From positions 1-64,000 of the forward strand of contig QPMI01000152.1 in the NCBI GenBank assembly GCA_004431415.1: 64,000 bases of DNA. Reading direction: 5' to 3'. The notes under the pieces are model-generated. The model searched no databases, had not been told where the DNA came from, and saw nothing but the letters and a program-made list of their open reading frames with translations. This document shows, piece after piece, positions 49,701-61,233 of this stretch. This DNA comes from Cyanophora paradoxa CCMP329. Taxonomy: Eukaryota > Plantae > Glaucophyta. Position 1 is the stretch's first letter. Every line of letters starts with the position of its first letter. The position numbers were made by a program, and so were the translations under genes.

Positions 49701-52700
49701 CCTGGCGCCGGCCCCCGGCCACGCCCTAAAGCATCCTTTTAAATGCCCTCTCGGCTGATGATGCTCGAAGTGATGTCTTGTCCCTTTTTTGTTTGCTTTC
49801 TTTGCTGATTATTCTGCTTCCTGGGGCAGCCCGCGTTCGCGAAAGTGAAGAAGAACCAGCGTGGAGGTGCGTGCCGCATCGCCGGACCGGAGCCCCTTGC
49901 CCGATCAGCTGATCAGGAAGGCCCCCGCGCGCGCAGTCTCCGACATCCTCCTGGCGATGCCCCGCACCCGTGCGCGCCGCCGCGCGTGCGCGTAGACGCA
50001 CAGTGACACGCGCCCCGCGCGCGTGCGCAGTGATGCGGCAGCTGAGCCGGCACTACGCGCACGTCCGCATGGTGGGCGACCGCGCCGAGGACTCCGAGTC
50101 CGAGGAGGGCTCTGGCGGTGCGCGCCGCTGCGCATGCGGTCCGGCCCTACAAGCACTCCGGATCCGAACCAATCACTTAAATTGCAATCGATATCAAGCC
50201 AGACATATCAGCTTCATGATAGCCTCTAAGTTCAGCTTGTACATGTGCCTCGCTCACGCTGCTCTCTTCGTGTGCGCAGACGAGGCGGAGAAGAAGAAGC
50301 TCGAGGCGGGCCGCGACCGCGACCGCGAGGAGGGCGCCGACGCCGACGGGGACCGCAGCGGCGCGGAGGGCGCGCGGGCGGGGCCAGGGACGTCGCTGAC
50401 GGCGGAGAACCTGGCCGCGGGGCCGGGCGCCCCGCGCGACCGCGTCTCGGAGGGCGGCGCCGCGGGCGCGGAGAAGCCCAAGAGGAAGAGCTCGAAGGCG
50501 GCGTCGGAGCGCTCCGGATCGCGCCGCAGCAGGTGCGCCCACGCGTGCGCACACGCCGCAGCGGGCGAGAGGCGTCTGCTGAGCTGGCTTCGACGCGCGC
50601 GCCAGGAACGGCGGCGAGGAGGAGGAGGAGGATGGGAAGAAGGAGAAGAAGCGGCGGGAGCGGGGCGCCTCGGCGGGCGCCGCGTCCCGCTCGACGGGCG
50701 CCGGCTCCCGATCGAGGGTAGCCCCCGAGCTCGCGGCGGCGGCCGAAGCCAGCTCGAGCGACTCCGGGAGCGGCGCGCCCGCGGCGCGCGGCCGGAAGCG
50801 GGGGGCGGACGGCTCGAATCCGCGCTCGAAGCCGGCGGCGGCGGCACCGGCGCCGGGCTCGGCGCCCCTCTCCATGGAGAACCTCGAGCGCCTCGGCGCG
50901 GAGGCCCCGGCGAGGCCCGCCCCGCCCCTCCCTCCTCACGCCCCGATCTCCGCCGCCTGCGCCCTGACCACGGCCCCGCGCCCCGCTCAGATGGCGCTGC
51001 GGCACGTGGCGCTCGAGCGCCTCGCGCGCCGCCGGGCCGCCTCGCCGGCCCGCCAGGAGCCGCTCCTCGTCGCCGAGGCGCCCGATGCCGCGGCGCAGGG
51101 GGCCGGCGAGGCGCGCCCCGTCTCGCGCGGCTCCGGCTCCGCGTCGGGCAGCTCGGGCACCTCGAGCGCCCGCCGCCGCTTCCTCCCCGAGATCGAGACC
51201 CTCCTCGCGTGCGCCCGCCCGGCCCCCCGTGCCGCGCCCCTCGCCGCCCGACCGACGAGCCGATGGCAGGCCGGAGGCGGAGGAGGCGCCGGTGGCGGTC
51301 ATCGCGACGGACCTCTTCGGGGAGGGGGCGGCGCTCCCCGACGCCTCCTTCGCCTCCAGCGCGAGCGGCAGCGCCGCCAACTCGCCCGCCTCCTTCGACG
51401 CCACGAAGGTGCGCCATTCCGCAGCAGCGAGCGTCAGCGAGCGCGCCAGCGAGCGCTGACGGGGGCGGGGGCCGCGGGGGCCAGGTCGAGCCGGTGTCGG
51501 ACGGCGAGTCGTCGAGCTGCGACACAGTCGCCCGCGAGAAGCGCGCCGCCGCCCGCGCCCTCTCCCCGCCCCTTCCCACCGGCGGCATCCTTCGCAAGTG
51601 AGCGGCGCCGGCGCCTGCGCATGCAAACTGCGGTCGCCCGCCTCGAGTCTGACCGGAGGGCGCTCGCCGGCAGCGGGCACGCGCACTCGCGCCGGACCGG
51701 GGGCAGCCCCGCGGGCGCTGCCAGCCCTCTGGAGCCGCAAGGCGAGCGCCGCCGCTCGGTCGTGTTCGACCCGGTGCGCCCGGCCCCCGCCACGCTGCGG
51801 AGCCGCCTCTCTGACGCCTCTCGAAGGAGGACCTCTCGAAGCTGAAGGGGGCGTCGAGGGGCCTGCACCGCCGCGAACGCGACCCCGCGACCGTCAAGGA
51901 CCCCCTCGCCGAGATCCTGGGCGCCGCCAACATGTGGGCCCCGCCCCCGGAGCTGCCCCTCGTGCCCCTCGCCGCCAAGGGCGACGAGGAGGCGCTCTCG
52001 GAGAGGAGGAAGAAGAAGAAGGGGGAGAAGAAGGGCGGGGAGGAGGCGGAGGAGGGGAAGGGCGGGAGCGATGCGGACAGCGAGGAGGAGCGCAGCCGGG
52101 CGAAGGAGCGCAAGCGGAAGCGGGCGGCGGAGATGGCGAAGCCGGCGGTGAACAACCTGCTCGCCTCCCTCACCCGCAAGTACCTCTCCTGGTTCCTCAT
52201 CATCGCCGTGCGCACCTCCGCGCCATCCTCTTCACCGCACCTCAAACGATCGCGGGGGCATGCGCAGGCTGTGATGTCGGCCAACTTTGCGCTCTGCTTC
52301 TTCTTCATGGACCAGGGCAAGACGGCCTCGATGGAGATCAAGTGCGCCCGCGCCGCGCGGCGCCGCGCGCCCGCGTCCGCGCCCGCTGACGGGGGCGCAG
52401 GTACGGCGGCACGCGCCGCGCCGTCGTCCGCGAGCTCGCCTTCCTCTCCCGCGAGCTGTGCGCCCCCCGGGGGGAGGGGAGGGGGAGGGGGGTATAGGTT
52501 CCCCGAGGGCGGTCGGGACCAGGCTATAGGAGCCTAGCTGCAGCCGTCGAGATGGAATTTGCGAAGTTTCTTCTAGATATCCCGCCCGCCTTGCCCTGCC
52601 CCGCCTTGCCCTGCCCCGTCCCCGCCCGCCCCGCCCCGCCCCGCCCCGCCCGCCCCGCCCCGCCCCGCCCCGCCCCGCCTCGCCCCGCCCCGCGCCTCAC

Positions 52701-54244
52701 GCTCGCGCCTTGGGACTCGCCGCGCGCAGCTTCATCAACGACGACCTGGTGCGTCCCGTCCGGCCGGCCGCCCCGGCCCGGCCGCCGCCGCCCTCGCTCG
52801 CTCACGCCGGCCCGCCAGATCATGCCCTTCAAGGAGCTCAAGGCCCGCCTCGCGGCCCGCATGCTCGAGCTCCGCACCATCCACGGTGCCCCGCCTCGGC
52901 CCCGCCCCCGGGACTGCGCATGCGTCGGCGCCTCCGTTTGACGGGCGCTGCGGCAGCGGGCCTCAAGTACGGCAACGAGACGATGGGGCTCCCCGGGCAG
53001 AACAACCGCTACCCGAAGCTAGACGCCCTCATGTGCGCCGCCCGCCCGAGCTCGAGCTCGAGCTCGAGCCCCGGCGTGGACGCCGCGCCCTCCTTCCCTG
53101 CAGCCGGGCCCGCCTGACGCGGCGGCGACCGCCTGCTGCAGGTACATGCCGTCGTGCCTGCTTGCGGACCAGGCGGCGTGCGACGCGCTGCCGCTGACCC
53201 GGCGGGACGCGTACAACTACGGCGTGGACAACCTCGTCGCCGTCTTCCTCGACAAGGTACCCCCCCATCCCAATCGTGATACCCGGCCGCTCGCGCGAGC
53301 CCTCCTGTGAGCTCACGACCGGATCCGGCGGAAGATCACGGACATCCTGAAGGAGGCGGACTGCATCGAGCGGAACTGCGAGGTCGCCTCGAGCCTCTCC
53401 CGCGCCACTTCGCAGGCCTACGCCTTCATCCAGGAGAGGTGCCGCCAAAGCCCCCCCCCCCCCCCCCCCACCCCACCCCACCCCCCCTTCCCTCCCCCCC
53501 CCCCCCCTCCCCCGGCTCCCCCCGCTTCCCCCGCTTCCCCCTCGATCTCTTTCCCGCCGAACAATCGGCGCAGCTTCGGGTTCCTGGACGTGGGGCTCGG
53601 CAAGTGCATCGACCTGACCGTCGAGGAGAGCGTCTCCCGCATCGACGTCGTCTACGTCGTCGAGGGTTCGAATCCCCGCCCCGCCCCCGCTTCCAGCTCC
53701 GCCCCGGCACGCGCCCACCCCGCCCCGCCCCGGCCCCGCCCCCGCCCCCGACCCCGCAGGCGTCATCCTCGCATTCAACATGGTATCCCTTGCCGGCCTG
53801 TACCTCCTCATGTTCCGGTACCCCCCCTCCCGCCGCATATTTCGCGCATGCCTCCCCGCGGTCGCTGGTATTGAGATTGACGATGCGTTGCAGGCCCATG
53901 ATCAAGCAGCTGGTCATCCCCGCCCCTCGCAAGGCCCTCGCCATCGAAGCCGCTGACCGCCGGCGCGCGCAGGACGACGAGTCGACGCGGCGCGCGCAGC
54001 TGCTCGGCATGTTCCCCCGCGTCATCATCAAGGACAACGCCTTCCTCCACAAGCGCGTACCCCGCCCGAATGTAAATGCGCGCCCGCCGCGCCCGTGTTC
54101 TTACCGCCGGCCCGGCTGCGGTGCAGGTACTTCCGCGGGGCTCTCAGCGGCGTCGTCGCCGCCGGCGAGGAGAAGAAGCGCGGGAAGGCCTCCAAGCACT
54201 CCGAGTCGTCTTCGGAGGACGAGGAGAGGAACAAGGCCAAGTAG
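43701..54244 (+). CDS. TmcB/TmcC (tiny macrocysts)-like large multipass membrane protein with TPR-like region; many exons; start approximate
   Basis: N-terminal TM block (LLDFVQLIG, LYITVLEILIAPFDC); TPR-like AEAVYKRGMQQFPK|SAYVR|ITYASFL, FDQRF, YPQSKLLIRSYAAFLLHV..FAKADEIEE; two later TM-extracellular-TM units; C-terminus MFRPMIKQL|DDESTRRAQLLGMFP..FLHK|YF. Stop at 54242-54244. Confidence 0.75.
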
Positions 54245-55921
54245 CCTCTACACGGCCGTCACGGCGTCAAACCGCTTGCCGCGCGTACGGCTCGCCGGTC
54301 AAGCCCGCGTCTGCGAGCTAGCGCAGAGCTTCCTGCGCACTTTACTAGTTTAAATTATACTGTACATGTATAAGAATGCGACTTTTGGACCAGTTTTCGA
54401 ATTCTTGTTTCAGTCAGATGAATAGCTACGTATACATTTATAATATAGCTTATATATATAGCTGCAATTCGTAGCCCCCTTTTTCCTCTAGATTTAAGCA
54501 AATCAATTTACAGGCTGCGCAGCAGCAGCTCTCAGAGTCTTGCTCGATCAAGGATCGTATTCAAAGCCGCTGAGCTCGAGCTCCTGTTTTATATCTTCAT
54601 ATGCATTCGGCCGCGGCCCGCGGGACGTACATCGACTCTCTTTTCCACAATACAAATTTAAAAAATTTTAAAATCAAATGAATGCACGATATCGATCGAC
54701 ATGCGCAATGTCACTGCCAATGTGGCATGCGCAGCATCGTCTAGAGTCTAGACAATCACGCGCCAGACACTTCCAAGTTCAGTGACTTCATGACGTCGCA
54801 ATCAGTCAGGCTTCATGCAATTGTTTTTCTGATCATGAATGTAGCTATAGCTCTAGCTATAGGCTACTAGCTAGGCTAACTTTCAAACTAGCTTTGGGTA
54901 ATGTAGAGACCTGTGCATGTAGATTATGTCGCGATAATCAAATCTCACCGTGGCACGTAAACAGCTGCAGTATTGCCGTCTAATTTTCTCTGGACATCGA
55001 TATCACGGTGCATGTGCATGTGCTTGCGGATCCGCCGGGCCGGACGTACGCGGGGCCCGAGCCGCCCGGCGCGCGGCGCCGGAGGCGCCGGCGGCCCGGC
55101 GGGGCCGGCCGCGGCGGGGGTTCAAATATTAATGAATTCGAGTCTTCAAATTCGAATTCGTTTCGAATGTCATGGTACTCGTAAACGCGGCTGGAAACTC
55201 GCAACTGGAGTCGCAAGCGAATGTTGAACCGTTGAACTTCAGAAGTTGCCGGTGCCCAGCGTACGCGTGAATGATCATGATCATGTTTGAAAAACAGGTG
55301 ACGTCGACGTCGACGCTGCCCCATCGATGCAATTGGTCAGTGCACTGGGCCCTGAGTGGGGGACTGTACAAAAAATGTGGGGCCCTAAAAAACATTGGCA
55401 TGTACGGTGTACCCCGTTTACCGCCATCGCTCGCCGATCGCCGGCGTCGCCGGCGCCCGCCGCTCGCTGGTCGGATGATCCGATGATCTGATGATCCTAG
55501 GCGCACCACCGCCGTCTACCGGTACCGAATTGCAGTACCGATATACTATGATACGGCCGCCCGCTGCGCCGCCTGCGCATGCGCGGTGCCCGACCCCCGC
55601 GCGCCGGCGCGGATCGGAGAGGGACGCTCGCCCGGCCGCGCGGCGCTCATGATCAGCCGGCGCCTGCAGCTGGAGACCTGCTGGGCCTAGCCTCAGCAGC
55701 TGGACGCATACGGCAGCCGCGCCGCGGGCATGCGCAGTGCAGCGCAGCATTGCATCGCAAGCTTAAGAACCGGTATATATACGTACCGCCCGTGATTAGC
55801 ATCGCCAGGCCGCGGCCGTGCCCTCGGCCGCCCAGCGCTGCAAACTTGCAATTGCAAGCTTTATGCCAGGATAGGCCTGGGAAGTCTGAACGAGCTTGCG
55901 TCGGACTGGAATGCGTATGAG

Positions 55922-57831
55922 ATGCATATGCTGGAGGAGAGCGCCGGCGGCACCCCGCAGGCGAGCGCAGCGCCCGTTCTTGCAGCGTGGGCAGCGGATT
56001 CGGACCACACGCACTTCAACGATCATCGGGTGCAGGACGTCGATCACATTGATGCGGAGCGGCGGGCCGAGAATCCCGCCGCCACATTCGGCGCCGCTCT
56101 AGATCGAGATCTTCACGTTCACAGCTTGCATTTGTCGACGTCGAGCCCACCCGCCGCCATCCGGAGACCCTCGCTCGGGCTCCGAGTTCCCGTGACGGCC
56201 GCGGCCGCGGGACCCGCGGCCGGCGCCATGGCCACGGCCGCCCAGCAATCCGGCGCGAGCGCGGAGCCCGGCATGGGCGGGGCGCAGGCAGCAGATCTAG
56301 AGCCGGCGCCGTGGCCGTCGGCTCCCGCGTCGCCCCTCGCGCTGCCGGCGCCGAACCCGCCGAGCGATGACGGGCGCTGGAGCGCGTTCGGCTATGGCCT
56401 CGAGCGCGGCGGCGCGCTGCCCGCCCCGTCCTTTTCCGCCGCAGCCGCCTCTTTCCTCGGCATTGTGCTCTACGGCGTCGCCGTCATCCTACCGTGCGCG
56501 CACCCCCCGCCCACCCCAACCAGCGTCCATATCATATTGAATATTAAAAATATTCTCGGATTTCTTTTCCTGGCGGCCGGGCGGTCTCTGATCGACGGGG
56601 GCGCGCCCGCTCGAATTCCGGTCGCGCAGCTGGCTCGTCATCCCGTTCCACACGCTCTCCTTCCTCCAAACAACCGCCGTGACGGCCCTCCTCGTCTCCC
56701 CGCTCCTCGTCCGCCCCCGGCGCCCCGCCCTCTTCGAGCGCCCCTTCAGCTAAAGTTCCCTCTAAGCCATCTGACGCGCCGGCGGCACGCCGACAGGGCT
56801 TTCCCCTCGTCTTCTGGGTCGTCTTCCTGAGGAGGCGGCCGGTGCGGCCCCGGCCCCGAGCGCAAGCTCGAGCAAGCGCGCGCCGACGCCGACGCCGGCT
56901 GGGGGCGGGCAGGGCGAGCCGTGGGTGGCGGCCGCCTTGATCGGCGTGCAGGCGGCGCTGGTCGCGTCGGTCTGCGCCGTGGCGGCCGGCGTCGACCTCT
57001 CGCGCACGGTCCCCGGCTGGGCCGCCATCTTCGGCTTCTGGTGGTGCGCCATCGCCATCGCCAGCCCCGCAGTGCTTTCCTGCCCCGTGTCCGATCGAAT
57101 GCCGAAGCCGCCGTCTGCTAGCGCCGGCCCCCTTCTAGATCGATATCTCGCGCCGGGCTGCAGCTGGCGCTAGCGCTGCCGGGGCCGGGCCGCCTCCGGG
57201 CTCAGACGGGCCGCGTGCGCGCGCAGGTACGGCCTACTGATCGGGGCGACGGCGCTGGTGAGCCGGCGCCTGTGGGCCGTCTTCGAGGCGCCGCGCGCCC
57301 CGGGGCCCTTCCTCTCCTCCGAGGCCTGGCGGTGCGCCGGCGCCGCCGCCCCGCCCGACCCGACGCGCGCGCCCCCTCACGTCGCGCCGGGGGCGGGGGC
57401 AGGCGGGCGCGGGACTGCGTCACCTTCCTCTGCATCCCCCCCGCCGTCCTCCTCGTCGAGATGCTCTACATGATCGGCATGAGCCTGGTGCCCGCGCGCC
57501 CCGCCCCCGCCCCCGCGCCGGCGCCGACCGTGCACGTGCGCTCGCTCGCCGGCAGCTGGACGGGTTGGGCCCCGGGTACGCGTGGGCGCAGGCGGCCGCG
57601 AACGCCGCCATGTCCCTCCTCGTCTTCCTCGCCTCCTGGGCCCTCGCCCGCCGCTTCGGCCCCCGCCTTCGCTCTGCCCGCTCTGCCTTCGGGCCCGCCG
57701 AGATGCTCACCAGCTTCCGCCCGGGCCCCCACGCCGCCCCCGCCGCCGGCGCCGGGCCCCTCCTCCGCCTCCTCGACCGCCTCTTCGACCCGCTGCCCCC
57801 GGCCGACTGCGCGCAGCGGCCCAACTCGCCG

Positions 57832-57870
<39 letters not shown>

Positions 57871-59804
57871 TCCACGGGCTCGGGGTCGCAGCGGGGGCGC
57901 GCCTCGGGGGCCTGGGCGGGCGGGTGCGGGCAGGCGGGCCCCGCGACGGACGGGGACATGCTGCTCTTCGCGTACCTCCTCTCCTCCAACCGCGTCTTCA
58001 AGACCGTCTGCTTCGGCTTCGTCAAGAGCTACGCCGTGCGCCCGCGCCCGCGCCCGCGCCCCTGTCCCCTCCCCAGCGCCCTCTCAAGGAGCCGCCCACG
58101 CCTGCGCCGCCGCCGCAGGTCTTCTTCGCGGGGCTGGCGATCGACGCGGCGACGCTGGCGGCGCCGGCGGCCGTCTACTTCAGCGAGGACGGCCGCCTCG
58201 GGCGCCTCGCCCTCGACCTCGCCCAGCGCGTCCTCCTCGCCGGCGGCGTCTCCGCCGTCGCCTCGCTGCGCCGCCTCTCCAGCGCCCTCCCCAGCGGCCG
58301 CATCGCCCGCCGCCTCTCCCTCTCCAACTCCATCCGCCGCCGCGCCTCCCAGCGCGACCTCGGCCTCCTCAACCGGGCCCTGGGCCCCGCCCGCCCCTCC
58401 CTCTCCTTCCGGGGCGTCCCCGGCCACGCCAAGCTCGCCGCCGGCGAGCGGGAGCCCGGCTCGCCGGCCGCGCTGCTCTTCGACGCCGCGGATCCCTTCC
58501 CGCGGCGCACGCCCCGCCTGGGGCCCCTCCGCGTGCACCCCGCCTCAGAGGCCCTCGCCCCGCGCGCCACCGCCTGGTCCGAGGCGGCCCCGGGCGCCGG
58601 CGCGCTGGCCCTCCTCGCGCCCTCGTCGGACCCCAGCTCGGCCATCAGCTCGGGGCCCTCCTGCACGTGGGCCCCCCGCCCCCGGCCCGGCCCCGGGCCA
58701 CGCGCCGGGCCTCGCGAGCCCCGGGCCCCGCCGCCTCTCGCGGACGTGGAGCGCGGCGGCGAGCCCCGCGCGGGGCGCGATTGCGACCGGCGACGGCGAG
58801 CGCTCGCCGAGCGCTAGCCCGGCGGGGTCGACGACGGCGAGTCCCCTGCGCGGGCTCGCGGACCTCATCCGCGAGCCGCTGCTGCTCCCGCAGAGCGCCC
58901 TCGCCCCGCGCCCCGCCGAGGCGCCCCCCGAAGCCCGGCCCTGCTGCTCCGCAGCCCCGGGGGAGCACCGGGGGCGGCCCTCCTGGGAGCCCGCCGGGGG
59001 CCCGAGCCAGAAGGGGGCATTGTCCTTGCGCTCGCTACGGGGCGGGGCATGGGGCGCGGCCGCCGGCGCCGGCCCCGGGGACACGGAGTCACCGCGGCGG
59101 GCGAGCCGGGCGGGGACGGGCGCGGGGGCGGAGGTGGCGGCGAGCCTGCGCTCGATCGACCTGGCGGCCCGCGCGCACCGCAAGGTCGCCGTCCTCATGC
59201 TCATCCAGGCGCCCCCTCCCTCCCCCCCGCCCGCTCCGCTCCGCTCTGCTTTGCTTGGCTCACGCCCCGGCCCCTCAGGCCCTCTCGGCGTGCCTGGCCA
59301 GCGCGCAGTTCATCCTCACCGTCTCCCTCACGAGGTTCCCCTGGGCCGTCTCCCACCAGACCTACCCCTTCATGAACATGTGCTCCCCCTCCCCTTCCCC
59401 CTCCCCCCGGGCCCCGGCGCCGGCGCCTTCCGCTGACGCGCGGGGCGCTCGCTCGCAGGGGGAGCGACCTGAAGGACGGCGCGGAGCTCCGCACCTCGCT
59501 CATCTTCTCGGCGGTCTCGGGCCTGCTGCCCCTCACCCTCTACCTCCTCTGCGCCGGCGCCCTCTCCGCCCTGCGGCCCGTCGCGCGCCTCTCCTTCGCG
59601 CACGCCGCCGGCTTCCTCGTCGCCAACCGCGTGCCCCTCGCCCTCATCCTGGGCAAGGTCGTGCTGTACCCCTTCATCGTCGGCCTCCCCCGCTTCGTCA
59701 ACGTGCTCGCCTTCACCACCCCGCGCCTCTACGACCACTCCGCCGCCCTGGCGGCCCTGGCCGCCCCCGCCCCCGCCGCCGCCGCCGCCGCGCATGTCCA
59801 CTGA
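55922..59804 (+). CDS. Uncharacterised multipass membrane protein with a long low-complexity cytosolic loop (start could be ~56228)
   Basis: Roughly 10 or more hydrophobic segments across intron-separated exons (FLGIVLYGVAVILP, WAAIFGFWWCAIAIA, FLCIPPAVLLVEMLYMIG, MSLLVFLASW, MLLFAYLL, VAVLMLIQ|ALSACL, LALILGKVVLYPFIVG). Stop TGA at 59802-59804. Confidence 0.7.
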
Positions 59805-60424
59805 GCCCGGGCCGCCCGCCGGTTAGACGCCGCGATCGGCGCGTTTCCATGCTGGCAATTTTACTTTTCCCACTTTATATTTCCGTGATATGTGTGACAT
59901 TGATTGATATGTGTGATACTATGATACTTATGTGTGATACTTATAATTACTTGCTACAGCTAAGTTGTGTGTGTGTGTGTGTGATATTTCGGGCTAGCCT
60001 AGTACCACGGTAGTAGCGTTGAATTGGCAACTTTATGCTAGGGAAGAAAATGTGTACACGTACCACGGTAGCTATACTATGATAGGGGGCTCTTCATTCA
60101 ATGATTTAAGTTAGGATAGCAGCTTAATGATATAAATATGGCTCGCATTTCTGAGTGCTTTCGACTCCGGGATGTACGACTGTACTGTTTAAATTTCGTT
60201 TCTCTCAGATCTCGAGTCTCGCGATATCGGCCGAGGCTTGTTTCATTTGAACGAATTGAATCTGTATGCGGACTCTTGCAGAGACTTTTTTTTTGCAAAA
60301 GTGGACGCGTACGTCGCATTGATACATCACGGCACATGTATCAATGTTCTACGTGACGTGCCCTTCCGACCGGTACCGGTCATCTATCTATATATACTAG
60401 CTATCTATGCTATGATAGCTAGCC

Positions 60425-60636
60425 GAAGGTGCTAGCTATATAGCTGACTCTTAATTTCGGCCGCGGAGACGACGTCACACAGGCTGCGAGGATTGCGGTA
60501 TATCGATTGTTAAGAAAAGATTTAGCAGTCGAAGGTGCTAGCTATATAGCTGACTCTTAATTTCGGCCGCGGAGACGACGTCACACAGGCTGCGAGGATT
60601 GCGGTATATCGATTGTTAAGAAAAGATTTAGCAGTC
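60425..60636. repeat. 106-bp direct tandem duplication (60425-60530 / 60531-60636)
   Basis: Both units run GAAGGTGCTAGCTATATAGC...GATTTAGCAGTC. Confidence 0.95.
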
Positions 60637-60754
60637 CGTTGAAAATATTCATCATAACGCGTCGCAATATTCCGATGATTCATAATTACAGCGTGGCGCT
60701 AATCATGACCCAACCGCCGTTTTTTAGTTCATTTTTATTCAATTGAGTACATGG

Positions 60755-61030
60755 GATCTGATCCACCGCCCTGACTCAGTGAGGCCCTGAAACGGTCTTT
60801 CGGTTTGCTCTCGCATTCAACTAAGACCGCGGGAAGGGCCCGTCGCCGTTTCCAAGACGCGACAACAACCACACTTAAGAGTTGAAACAGCGAAGCTTAA
60901 GAGAAGATGTCCAAGGGTTCCTTCAAATTGAACTGCACGGAAGAGCAGCCCAAAGTACACAATCCCCCGTGTGACTCTTGCAGTCTAGTTTAATGAAGCG
61001 GCTACCGGTGAGCCGCTCCATTGATAAAAC
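60755..61030 (-). ncRNA. Candidate structured non-coding RNA of unknown class
   Basis: A chain of hairpins in which the imperfect pairs are G-U wobbles only on the minus strand, plus a GAGA tetraloop. No family recognised. Confidence 0.35.
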
Positions 61031-61233
61031 TGCTTCAAAAAAAAAAAGCGAAATTCTATTTAAGAGTTTCGAGGTGCTAGGCCGTGAGACGGGCGCGCTA
61101 GAGAGGCGGAGGGGGTTGGGCGGGGGAAAAAGAGACTCGTGGAGCCACGGCAGCTCGCGAGAGAAAGCGCGCGCACAGAATCCGGCATCGAGAGTCGGCA
61201 TCTGATTCTGTACAGTGGAGGCGAGGGCGCGGG

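Noticed and set aside
59880-59985. TGATATGTGTGA repeats and a (GT)n run
   Set aside because: Ordinary low-complexity 3' flanking sequence.
60848-60888. GTTTCC...GTTGAAAC resembling a CRISPR repeat; CTGA..GA..GAAAC at ~60771-60793 resembling a hammerhead core
   Set aside because: Single copy, and the hammerhead spacing and stems do not fit the consensus.
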